From: Balanoglossus misakiensis
Lineage: Eukaryota; Animalia; Hemichordata
NCBI GenBank assembly: GCA_040954595.2
Contig: CM082595.2
Span: 5,420,137-5,484,136 of the forward strand
Direction of reading: 5' to 3'
DNA length: 64,000 bases
Under the pieces are notes generated by a model. That model ran no database searches and was not told where the DNA came from. It saw nothing but the letters and a program-made list of their open reading frames with translations. The translations under genes and the position numbers were made by a program. Positions 51,501 through 62,725 of the stretch are shown piece by piece. Each line of letters starts with the position of its first letter. Position 1 is the first letter of the stretch.

Positions 51501-54240
51501 CCTGTATTACGTGGCCAGCAACCCGTTGCAATTAACCAAGTCTCGCGAGATCTTGCAATGAGCGGAAAATCATCTGGAGCACAGTTCTATGAAGCCACAA
51601 AGTCACCTGCCCTTCCTTTGTAAAATCCACGTTTTAATTACTTCATCGTACCATGTACCTCCAAGATCGTACGCAAATACCCCTATGACCTCCCTAAATC
51701 CTATGGCTACAAGCTGTGTAAGTACACTACAAAACTAGAATGTCCCTATTTATTGCATTCTCCTTCTGCCACGGTTTGCTGTTCCGCAAATCTATGCAAA
51801 TACAAACACGTTAATCTGCTTTTTATGTCCGGACCAGAATGTTTATAGGAAGCCGAGCATCGAGTTTAATCAATTCTGATAATGTTTTTCATCAGCGGAT
51901 ATGAATATTTTATTTTTAGAATACTTAAACCAGCATACAACTTATGAGGTGTGAACAGTATTTGACAAGACCCACCTGCTACTTTTCAAATGACGATACT
52001 TTTATTCTTCCTAACTTAGTCAACGGGGTGGACAGGTGAAGTCGAAAAATGGGTGTTTCCAGTACACGCCCACCCAGCAATTGTGCACGTACACATACTT
52101 GACTCTGTTTTATGTTTGTTTCCTCTCGAGTGAGTCACGGAAAATAGTTGCAATCATACCGATCCTTATCTCCAAACCCATCGTAGGTCTCATACCAAAT
52201 ATTTGCATCATTGGCCAGTTGCAACGACAAACACATATGCTACCACAAAGCATTCTCCAGTGTCTATGCAGAAAGCAATTTAATGTCATGGACGTACAAC
52301 AAATCATGTCGACATCTGGCACGCTGTCAAGATATCAGGCAGATCGATGATAAACACTTGAGTAACTGACAACTCATGCTATGACTACGTACCCTGGATT
52401 GCATCAGCAATATTGAAATGAACGATCGTTAAATTTTTGTCGTTCGGGATCGTTACCGTGCAAAACGTGTCGTGTTATTTTTTTCAGCGGGAAGTTGTTC
52501 CTTTATCCAATACACTCTTGAGTTTCGGTAAACATGACACATTTCACATTTCCTTCAAGCACAAAGCTCAAGACGGAAATGCTGTTTTATTTCTTTTCTC
52601 TGAAACATATGCGCACAAACAGACTTGGTGACTGTGCGGCCCTTTCGCCCGTCAAAAGATTGGTTATTGCCGTGACGATAAATGTGTACAAATTTCTTCA
52701 TAGAAATATCAGTTTTGGGTCTCAGCGTTTACTTGGTGGCTAAAAAGAGGTACTTTTGTACTCCGTTTATTTCACAATATTCACAAACTTTAGCCGATAT
52801 AAAGCTTTGCTATAGCAAAAGTTGTAGAACAAAAATAACTATGTTGACCGGTTGGTACGCAATCCGATGCAGTGAAAGCAGTTCACAGTGTATTATTCAA
52901 GCTTTTAAAACTTACCCAGAAGAAGATTCTTTAACCTGGTCAACCCTGACATCGCAGTAGCGTGACTCGTAAACCGCATTTCTGTCGTCCGACAGATTCA
53001 CCCAGCCTCCTCTGGTGTCCCGCTCCTGCCACGTGTACGGCTTGTTGAAATGGTGCTTGATGCATCGGTTGCCATAGTTGCATCTTCCGTTGATGTGGTG
53101 GATGCAGATGATGGTTTGGTCTGGCTGCACCCTGCATCCGGGCTCCACGTCGTCCTCGCTGGGTTTCACGACACCCATGGGTTTCGGGTTGGCCGAGCGC
53201 GAGCGCGCTGGGTTCAGGCTTGGGTTGGAGGGCACGCGTCTCATTGCAGACCCGCCTTCTGCTCTCTCCCTAGCTGCAGCTGGCGTCTCATCGAACTCGA
53301 AAGTTCCGCTTTTCAGCATTCGGATGACCTCGCTGGGCGGCTTGCTGGTGTCGACCCCGTACTTCTGCAGAACCCCCTTCGGCTGCTGATCAAACACACG
53401 GTGGGAGAACTTGCACCTCGGGCCGTACCTGCAGCGCGCGGTGATGTAATCCCTGCACAGGTGAAGGCTCAGGCAATGCGCCCTTTTCTGACATCCACCC
53501 GGTGTATTATAATACTTGCATATCTCGGGTTTAAACGACTCTGGGCAGCTCTGCCTGATGATGATCTTCAACACATCGCTTTCGAAATTATCAAGCCCGT
53601 TTTCTCTCAGCACGCGGCTGTTGTGCTTGTCGCACTGAAACGCGTGCGACAGCCGGCAGAGCCCGTTCTCTTTCGCTCCCATAGACGCGCTGCTCGTATC
53701 CGGGCTGCCATATCGGCATGTTCCCAACAGGAACAGTTTGCATATGTGTATTCCCCAACAATCCGTATTGCGGCAGCCATCTTTAGTACGATACTCGTCG
53801 CATAAATTCAGCTGACTGCTGACTTTAACCCTCCAGTCTCCCTGGCCATGTCTTTCAACTTGAAATATATGGTGGTAACGAGAGAAGAACACCTCGGGTT
53901 TCGAATCCCCGAAATAGGACCTCACCTTCGACGGGCCCAGGTCCTTGGTGAATTGGGATAGTAAAACAATCCCGTTGAACAGGCAGCATATGATACGAAC
54001 GAACTCCGTGACTGTCTTGGTTTCGTCATTTTCGGCACGTTGTTCCTCGTAGAGCAGGGGTTGTGGCTCATCGTACGTGCTGGTCTCATGATCGAATTCG
54101 AAGCTGCGAATTTCTGCGTACTTTGAAGTCGGCGCGTCAGGGTTTTGGGAGAGCTTCGATGGCATTGGAAATGGCATCGGCGAGGCCCTCCCAACGACCT
54201 TCTTCCGCTGACGGTAATAGTCGTTGAAACTCGACGCCAT
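48506..54240 (-). CDS. PARP12/ZC3HAV1(ZAP)/TIPARP-family mono-ADP-ribosyltransferase: CCCH zinc fingers, 2x WWE, PARP domain (about 816 aa)
   Basis: Exons 54240-52916, 51017-50831, 50202-49970, 49657-49400, 48953-48506 total 2451 nt. Several CCCH fingers; WWE motifs (YTWQ..W..E..Y; WLWYWQDESGQWHPYG..IEQAY..F..MYQQN..RRRP); IERVQNIELW, LFHGT, QNFDWRLSG, GKGTYFA, SIFVIF..QVYPEY give an H-Y-I triad. Confidence 0.93.
51243..51550 (-). promoter_or_regulatory. Promoter-like island in intron 1 of the PARP12-like gene
   Basis: IRF element AAAACGAAAGTGAAAGT (minus, 51318-51334), TATA-like GATATAAA (minus, about 51293-51300), TGACGT at 51351, and the palindrome TCTCGCGAGA at 51541-51550. Confidence 0.55.
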
Positions 54241-54384
54241 TTTACCGTCTCCAACAAAGTGGTCAATGCTTGGCCATTTTGGTGTGCGATTTGCAGAAGT
54301 TGTTTGTCTGAAAACGGCCCTAGTTGCCAGTTAATACCTAACCGAACAATAGTCTATATTCAAGCGTGACCTCGTATCGTTTGC

Positions 54385-54481
54385 GTGTTGCAATCCTAGT
54401 ACGTGGAAATCCCCGATCAACATGTTTACTGACCTGCTTGTGAGTTCATGGGTTACACTGACTCATACGTCACTGACGTCA
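54385..54481 (-). promoter_or_regulatory. Proximal promoter of the PARP12-like gene with immune/stress motifs
   Basis: GGGGATTTCC kB site (minus, 54405-54414), TGACTCA AP-1 (54459-54465), TGACGTCA CRE (54474-54481), TTGCAAT C/EBP-like (about 54388-54394), TGTTTAC FOX (54423-54429). Confidence 0.6.
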
Positions 54482-55034
54482 GATAGTGTCAACGAGACTA
54501 AGATGGAGCCGGCGCGGGCATGAACTGACATGGAAGAAAATCCAGTGAAAAAAAATATACGCAAAATTATAAGAACTGACAGACTTTAAGAAATCACATG
54601 GGAGTTAATCACGTGTATAAACCATTTGCTCGGTTTCCCCCCTCGTGAAATTTCAAGAAATCCAATTCTTCGAGTTGAAAATCGAGTCAATCACGACTCG
54701 ATCTTCCGGAAAGTTTTCCGTACGAATTCCCCAAAAGTATGAAGATGTATTAATTGAATTATCGATACCAGTACTGACGACGACGACGATGATTATTGGG
54801 AAGTCGATAGAAATGTTATCTTATAACTTGAATATCAAGATTGGGAAGGCTTTATTAATTGTCATGTCTCTAAGTGATATGTATTTGTTCATTTATTTTT
54901 TATTGAAATAAGTACATATCCGATATATTGACGGATATATCGGGAACGTTGAACGATTTTTTTTCACATTTTATTGCGATTGGAAGACACTGTCAGGAGC
55001 ACTCAACATGAAATAAGAAACACGAAGTTCCAAT

Positions 55035-57360
55035 CTAGTGTTTTCTGCCAGTGACTGCGAGAATTTTTGACGTCAAGAGGTAAGTCCCATCCTTCTGTCG
55101 ATTTTTCTCCATGATGAACTTGAACGCTTCCTCCATGTACTCCTCCTGTCTTTCGAAGGGGATTCTGCTGGCGGCGCCCATGCCAGCACGACAAAACCCT
55201 GTGAGGAATTGAAAAAGAATACATACGTACATGTACATACCTTGGTATATGAAATCCATCCAACGACACGCCCATCCATCCATCCATCCATCCATGCACA
55301 TACATACATACATTCATACATACATACATACATACATACATACATACATACATACATACATACATACATACATACATACATACATACATACATACATACA
55401 TACATACATACATACATACATACATACATACATACATACATACATACATACATACATACATACATACATACATACATACATGCATGCATGCATGCATGCA
55501 TGCATGCATGCATGCATGCATACATACATACATACATACATACATACATACATACATACATACATACATACATACATACATACATACAAACATACATACA
55601 TTTTCTGACTGATGAGAAGTGTGAAATACAGATTAACATAAAAAATACCATGTGAACGAACCCCCATTCACGGTTTTAGGTTCGAGATAACATTTTCTTA
55701 ATACCTTTCGCAGTCCATTCATCATGGTAAAATTCTTCAATGTATGTTTTGCATTCAATATCTTGAGATTTGAATCCAGCCTCGACCAACAATTTCTTAA
55801 AGTCTTCTTCACTGCCTGTGAACCGATTGTATGGAGACTTGTAGCCCTGCATTGGTGATATGATTGACAGCAACGTAAAAACTGTTTATCTATTTTTATT
55901 TAACTAAATTTGTACTGAGCGAATGGTTTAGTAATTACACAGCGATCTAATCAAACATATACCAATGCAAATTATTGTGTGGTATCAAGAATCAGTAAAT
56001 TGCAGATACATGGAAATTTTATATCTCAGTTTATCTGGTCATCTCCTTGGTGACAAGGAGAAACGTCAATATTCTTTCATCCTTCAATATATTTCGGTTT
56101 AAATGTAAAAGGTAAAAAATAAATAATTTCATATCATAATAAAATCTCCTTGTATACCTTGTCATTTAGACACGTACCTTCATATATTCGGCCCATTTTG
56201 GTTGCTTCATGTATTCATTGCAGTCAAGAATGGTGTCTGCTTCGACTTCGCACTGTATGTTCAAGAAAAAGCTACCGCCAGGCTTGAGCGACCGGTGTAT
56301 GCCACGGAAGCACGCCGGCAAGTCGTTCAGCCAGTGTAAACAATAGTGAGCGACCACCTTATCGAAGCTGGCACTGTAGTCATTGTATGTGGCCGGATTG
56401 GAAGCGTCAGCGACATGATACGTGGCGTTATCGACTTGGAAGTGATTTTCGGCTTCCTTTATACACTCAGGAGAAACATCGAAGGCTGAAAGTGAGACGT
56501 GGTATAATTATGAGGGACTATATACACCTCTTTCAATACGTTGGGCCCTCGATCGACATTTAATGAATGATGGACGGGTTGGGGGAAATCTTTGTTAGAG
56601 GAAGCCTTATTGCATGTTTATAAAAATACCACATGAGAGCGCTATTTATAAAATTGGTGTATACCTTGCAAAAAAGGCTTTAAAGCCTCTATAGCTGCGA
56701 AATTTCACATATTTTTTCCACAGTAAAATATTTCAAATATATTCCCTATCCTCTAAAATCTTCATCATTAAGCCATATTACTTGCATTTGCATCAGTTTG
56801 TCATCTCTTGGCGACGCATACCACGATAGCTGCGTACTGTTCGTATGAAGGCTGATTAAATGGGTGCGGCACCTGTTTAATACATAGCGTGTTCAAATTG
56901 CAACATGCAGTCAGAATCGGGCATCGATAAGGTGTTCATGTATACCTATCAGTTAGCTTATTTCGATGTACCAATCTAAGTTGGAAACAAAAATCATGAA
57001 AATAACGCCAAAAGTGGCAGCTCTAGAGGCTTTAACGAGTAGGCCTACACAACCTTATTACAAAACAATGGTCTGATTACACTAGCTGAAAAAAATTAAT
57101 CCACTTACTTGCCACTCTCCAGAGGTAAAAAATAAGGCTAGTCTTGACCTTAAAATTGGTGCATTTTAATTAGGCTTACCTGTTATTGACTGAACGTATC
57201 TTGACATGTGCTTGGTGAGCGCCCCAGTTCCACAGCCAATATCCAAAAGTCTGTCATTCCTCTCGAGTTTCATCATACCCATGATATCATTAACATTCTG
57301 AACAGCCACCAAATTTCCACCTTCTCCCAAGTAATATTTGCGCATTTCAAATGCGTTCAT
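55035..57360 (-). CDS. Class I SAM-dependent small-molecule methyltransferase (juvenile hormone acid O-methyltransferase-like), copy 1 (about 264 aa)
   Basis: Exons 57360-57180, 56485-56178, 55846-55705, 55198-55035 total 795 nt. Motifs LLDIGCGTG, AFDVS, FDKVVAHYCLHW, LKPGG. Confidence 0.88.
55272..55600. repeat. Compound (CATC)n/(TACA)n/(TGCA)n microsatellite in methyltransferase copy 1 intron 3
   Basis: Read directly; it is the source of the spurious MYVC/HTYI ORFs. Confidence 0.97.
56680..57035. mobile_element. TTAA-flanked MITE (Kolobok-like) in methyltransferase copy 1 intron 1
   Basis: TTAA-AGCCTCTATAGCTGC ... GCAGCTCTAGAGGCT-TTAA: 15-bp inverted repeat with one mismatch. Confidence 0.75.
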
Positions 57361-57770
57361 ACCTCCTGCTTAATATAATAACTAGGTAGTTGATAGGGTC
57401 CACATTATATTAGCACGAATTGTCGATACATGCTCCGTTGGCCTTCTCGGGAAGTTATTTTGGGCTCAGGTATGTATGTGCATATCTCATGAACTCGTTT
57501 AATCAACTTTATAAATGAAGAGATACTAACCTCAATTTGATGAAACTATCAAGAGGTATTCTTTTCACACTTATTCATGGTGTACAATTTTATTTGGAGT
57601 CACAGCACACAGTACACAGTCATCAGTAAACATCAAATATGCATACATATTTTTTTTCTAATTTAATAGTGATACATTACTGAAATTACTGCGTGTACTT
57701 TAATGAAACAATGTGCAGATACTTTTACTTATTCACATTCATTGTACATATGTGTTAGCTCATTCGAAAA

Positions 57771-58643
57771 TCAAGAACAGTTACCAACAGTGTACAACAA
57801 TAACAATTCTCCGGGCTTCCTTGTGAAGCCTAACTGACTGTGCATGACCAGAGAGCTTTCTACAAATGGACTAATCACAACAAAGGCGGTTTCATTCGAT
57901 TCCAACACCACTTGTGCCAACGTTGCGATCAAAATGCTGGCAAATCCTTGCCTGCGGTATTCCGGCACCGTGTACGTCATACCGATGTCGCCATACTCCT
58001 TAACAACGGCCCATGATATCGGTTCACCGTTCTCATTGTAGATGGCGAGGTGTTGTTGATATTTTATGGTATTTTCAAATCTTGCCACGGGAGGGGGATC
58101 CCCATAACTCCATACTTCATGCATTGTTTTACCATGTTTGATTTGTAATGGGGCGATATGAAAGTTCTGTGGAAGTTTCCTACCAGCCTTATCTATTACT
58201 GATTGAGTGATCGAGTCTAGGGCATAGCAATGAACATGCCCCTTCCACTGCATTGTGAGACGAAGCTCAGTTTCTAACAATTTGACAATGGACTCGTCAC
58301 ACGCTCCTTTTAAAAGATAAAAGTTGTATATAGAATCTTTCATATCATTTAAAACGCCCGAAGTTCGTAGAAGGGCTTTTAGGTTTTTACAGTTGGACGT
58401 GTATAGAATGAAAACCGTTTCCCCTTTGATTCCACTGCCTTCTCCTTGAGCGAACCACAGCGCAGCAATACTGGTCAGATTCCTCATGTCTTGGTTGTCA
58501 ACATACACATCAACACGTGGCCATATGTTCTTTGTTTTGATGCTGTTCTTCAGCAGATAGTACAAGTGAAGGTTGTCCGGTAGATCTTCTTCCAACAGCT
58601 TCACCAGTTCCGGGATTTCGGATGATGTCATCTTCTGCACCAT
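57771..58643 (-). CDS. Glycine N-acyltransferase-like GNAT protein (290 aa, single coding exon)
   Basis: L..DLPDNLHLYY..WP..VYVD N-terminal domain; C-terminal GNAT with GEPISWAV..YGDIGMTYTVPEYRRQGFA acyl-CoA-binding motif and S..M..LGF. Confidence 0.88.
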   Translation of the reverse strand: MVQKMTSSEIPELVKLLEEDLPDNLHLYYLLKNSIKTKNIWPRVDVYVDNQDMRNLTSIAALWFAQGEGSGIKGETVFILYTSNCKNLKALLRTSGVLNDMKDSIYNFYLLKGACDESIVKLLETELRLTMQWKGHVHCYALDSITQSVIDKAGRKLPQNFHIAPLQIKHGKTMHEVWSYGDPPPVARFENTIKYQQHLAIYNENGEPISWAVVKEYGDIGMTYTVPEYRRQGFASILIATLAQVVLESNETAFVVISPFVESSLVMHSQLGFTRKPGELLLLYTVGNCS

Positions 58644-59506
58644 GTTTTTCTATACGAGGGAAAGGGAAGTTTAGTGGCGTTCTGGACCACGTTCGAGCAG
58701 CCGAATGGGCAGCGCCATTATTGTGGGCCGCCATTTTGAATTACGCCACCAACGACAACATTGGTCCTTTTGTGCCGAAACGTTAAAACCAACGTATTCA
58801 TTGCACATAGTCGGCAAAGCCTACAGTTGACCAAGAGCAAGTTGACGAAGACAATGGAGTGTTAATATACATGATAGTATGGTATAAGTTACTCTTGCTG
58901 CGCTCGCACTCGGGTAAAACCTGTTCCACACCAATTTAAATTCAGTGAAGCGAAGAAAGCATGGGCAAATGAATTCGAAGTTTAGCAAGCCTGCCGCAGT
59001 GCCTATTAACCTTCCTCGCCAATTTCACAGTCGGTTGTTGCAGCGCCAATCGTGGATTATCTGGTCCCACAGGTGTTGCTTAAAACGACCTATTGCCAAA
59101 GTCAGCAAGAGAAAAATACTCACCCGTCGTTGACAGACTACGATGTGGTGGAACGATTAGCCCTCATAGGTGCGTTCAGTTTGACGGTTCGAAGAGAAAA
59201 GTGAGGAAACATTTGGCTTCTGGTGGACATGACGCGGCAAGTAAATCGCTGTTGACCAATCAAGCCACAGTAGCCGACACTTGTTTGTGCCTGTTTATGA
59301 TATTACATGTACTTTCAAATTTAGCTCGATCTGTTTAATACGGTTACTGATGGGGGTGGGTATATACACATTAATTATCAATTATATTACTACATGGGTT
59401 TCAAACTAACAAAAGCAGGATGCGGCCTAAATCAATCCTTACATTTTCTGTCAACGTTGCATCCAATCGCGCATGGAAATAAATAAGTACAACTACACTT
59501 TCACAA

Positions 59507-59905
59507 AATGGCAACAGAGGATGGAAATATGTTGTTATGAAGCGCTAATATGTTAGTGAGAATAATAATGATGCTAAATACAAATACATCGATATTTACG
59601 TTTAAAGGGTGAGTGTCGTCCCCTTCTGCGGCTGCGGTTGGTGGGTCCCGTATGTGACACAGTGGCTAACAAGTCAAAGGAGGCGCCTAGTGTTACTGCT
59701 ACAATGGACTTCATTACAAACATGTTGTTGTGACATTGTATTATACTGTAGTATAACTGTATTACGCTGTAATATGACTGCTACGATGTACATCATTACA
59801 AACAATGCTGTTGTTACTTTGTATTATACTGTAGTATAATTGTACTGCACTGTAATATAACTGCTACAATGTACATCATTGCAAACAATGTCGTTGTTAC
59901 TTTGA
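59507..59905. repeat. Near-identical duplicate of 62270-62725 (unique block of about 190 bp followed by 62-bp-family array)
   Basis: AGGATGGAAATATGTTGTTATGAAGCGCTAATATG...CCCCTTCTGCGGCTGCGGTTG is present at both 59518 and 62282. Confidence 0.9.
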
Positions 59906-60292
59906 ATTATATCGTACATCATGGCACACCTTGAATCGTTACATTTTACCTTCAATTGATATAACATGTATTGGTGGGCAGACTTCAGTGAAAACGATAG
60001 CTTGTTTACAGAGAAATGCACGTTTAGTGCAAACGACCTGTCTCGTTTAATCATCCTAAAGAGGATTACGAACGCCCATAAATACATTGATTTGCGTCTA
60101 ATTTAAGAAGCGCGACGGAACATAGTTCTACCACCAAAATAATTTGTCGGGGAGAGGAGTGGCAAAGGCTTCATTCCCTATTAGCACACAAAGCAGAGAC
60201 ATGTATAAGGTTGCAGATTAGTTACACCAAGTCTCAATTATTTATTAGAACCCGCGCAAGAAATTTTGCCTGTCTCCAGAAATCTTAGCTGT

Positions 60293-60557
60293 CTAGAATT
60301 TTCTGGCAGTAGCTGCGAGGAGTTTGGAAGTGACAAGGTATGTCCCATCGTTATGCCGATTCTTCCCGATTGAGAACTTGAACGCATCCTCCATGTATTC
60401 TTCCCGCCTTTCCTGGGGTATTCTGCTGACGGCACCCATGAAAGAACGACATAATCCTTTGGGAGGAAATATTTAAGATTGCATTGAGTGTGGGTTTATT
60501 CACATACACACACATACACGCACGTACGCTCATGCATACATACATACATACATACAT

Positions 60558-60606
<49 letters not shown>

Positions 60607-62202
60607 TACATACATACATACATACATACATACATACATACATACATACATACATACATACATACATACATACATACATACATACATACATACATACATA
60701 CATACATACATACATACATACATACATACATACATACATACATACATACATACATACATACATACATACATACATACATACATACATACATACATACATA
60801 CATACATACATACATACTTAAATAGTGACATTGCCTTTTTAATTGAATATACATTGCATGTGCACCCCAATGATTTTCAGCTAACCCATGACCTATAATT
60901 ACTCCTAACCATAAGCCATGTTGCCAGTTACCTTTCGCCTTGAACTCGTCCAGGTAAAGTTCTTCTATGAACGTTTTGCATTCTACATCTTGAAGTCTGA
61001 ATCCAGCTGCAGTCAACAACTTCTTAAAATCGTCTTCACTGCCTTTGAACCGATGGTACCGAAACTCATACCCCTGGTATAAAGATTTTAACAGATGCAC
61101 TATATATATACACATATATGCGTAAGATAACGAAAGCGTTTAAATTAAAATTAATTTCACATTACATTTTAATTTGTAGAATAAACATGTGGACGATTTC
61201 GGACACTTATGGCTTGAAACGTGTCAATGTAAGACACAGTCGCCTAAACAGTTAGATGTGTGGCTCTCATTTATGTGCATCATCGAGAAACGGATTAAAG
61301 CGTTGGCTCGCTAGGATCCATTGAAGGTGATAGGCCTTAGTTCATATAGACGTACCTCCATATACTCTGCCCATTTCTGCTGTTTGCAGTATCCAGTGAT
61401 GTCAACGAAAGTGTCTCTTTCAACCTCACTCTGTATGTTCACAAAGCAGCTACCCCCTGGCTTTAGGGACCCATAAATTCCACGCAGGCAAGCTGGCAAG
61501 TCGTCCAACCAATGTAGACAATAGTGAGCGACCACTTTGTCGTAGCGGGCGGTGAACTCGTCGTAGGTGGCCGGGTTGCCGGCATCGGCCACATGATACT
61601 CGGCGTTTTCAACTTGAAATTGACTTTTGGCTTCCTTGATCATCTCAGGATTAACATCAAAAGCTGTAAGGGGGATAATTCGGGAAGGAGCAACAAGTAT
61701 GATAATGTCTCCTGCCAAAGATTAATATTTGATTGATCATTCATTCATTCATTCGTTCATTCATTCATTCTTTTATGCATTCATCCATTCATTCAGAATT
61801 AGGTCCCTTACTATTTCAAATCTAGTAGCCGCTGGTATTTAGCATATCAAAGCTTTTGATTCCATTCTCTGACTAATCATTTTGATGGTGGACAATGCTG
61901 ATGAGCCTGGCGGAAGGATACAGTGTGGATATAGGGTGGGGTGGGGTGGAGTGGTGAGGCAATGTGAACGTAAACTTGCCTGTTATCCATTTCACGTGTT
62001 TTGATAAGTGCTTCGTAAGGCCTCCGGTTCCACAACCGATTTCTAAGAGATTGTCACTCTTCTTAAACGTAATCATACTCAGTATGTCCTCCATATTCTG
62101 GCCAGAAACCAAATCTTCTTCATCCAAGCAGAATTTTCGGTATTCAGTTGCGTTCATATTTGTCGTACAGCTGTCGTAGAGTTCGACCTTGAGAGTATCC
62201 AT
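60293..62202 (-). CDS. Class I SAM-dependent small-molecule methyltransferase (JHAMT-like), copy 2 (about 278 aa)
   Basis: Exons 62202-61980 (GC donor), 61663-61356, 61073-60932, 60456-60293 total 837 nt. Exon lengths 308/142/164 equal copy 1. Motifs LLEIGCGTG, YDKVVAHYCLHW, LKPGG. Confidence 0.9.
60535..60817. repeat. (TACA)n/(CA)n microsatellite in methyltransferase copy 2 intron 3
   Basis: Read directly from the sequence. Confidence 0.97.
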
Positions 62203-62269
62203 ATACTTGAGTTCAGAGGTCACACAGCATTTTACACAGCTAAGTGTTTCCCCAGTGTTGAACCGCACC

Positions 62270-62725
62270 AAATGGCATCATAGGATGGAAATATGTTGTT
62301 ATGAAGCGCTAATATGTTAGTGAGAATAATAATGATGCTAAATACAAATACATCGATATTTACGTTTAAAGGGTGAGTGTCGTCCCCTTCTGCGGCTGCG
62401 GTTGAAGGGTCCTATATGTGACACAGTGGCTAACAAGTCAAAGAAGGCACCTGCTACTGTACATCATTACAAACATGTTGTTACATTGTATTACACCGTA
62501 GTATAACTGTATTACACTGTAATATGACTGCTACAATGTACATCATTGCAAACATGCTGTTGTTACATTGTATTACACCGTAGTATAACTGTATTACACT
62601 GTAATATGACTGCTACAATGTACATCATTGCAAACATGCTGTTGTTACTTTGTATTATACTGTAGTATAATTGTATTACACTGTAATATAACTGCTACAA
62701 TGTACATTATTACAAACAATGCTGT
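62270..62725. repeat. Duplicate block plus a longer (about 82 bp) variant of the 62-bp array, upstream of methyltransferase copy 2
   Basis: Homologous to 59507-59905; units carry an extra TAACTGTATTACACTGTAATA segment. Confidence 0.88.

Noticed and set aside
53050-53805. 251-aa plus-strand ORF antisense to PARP12-like exon 1; likewise 29608-30156 and 24362-24730 opposite the FOXRED2-like exons
   Set aside because: Antisense shadows of real coding exons.
55003-55667. Long ORFs with MYVC/HTYI repeats (also 60351-61115 in part, and 38386-38754)
   Set aside because: Translations of TACA microsatellites.
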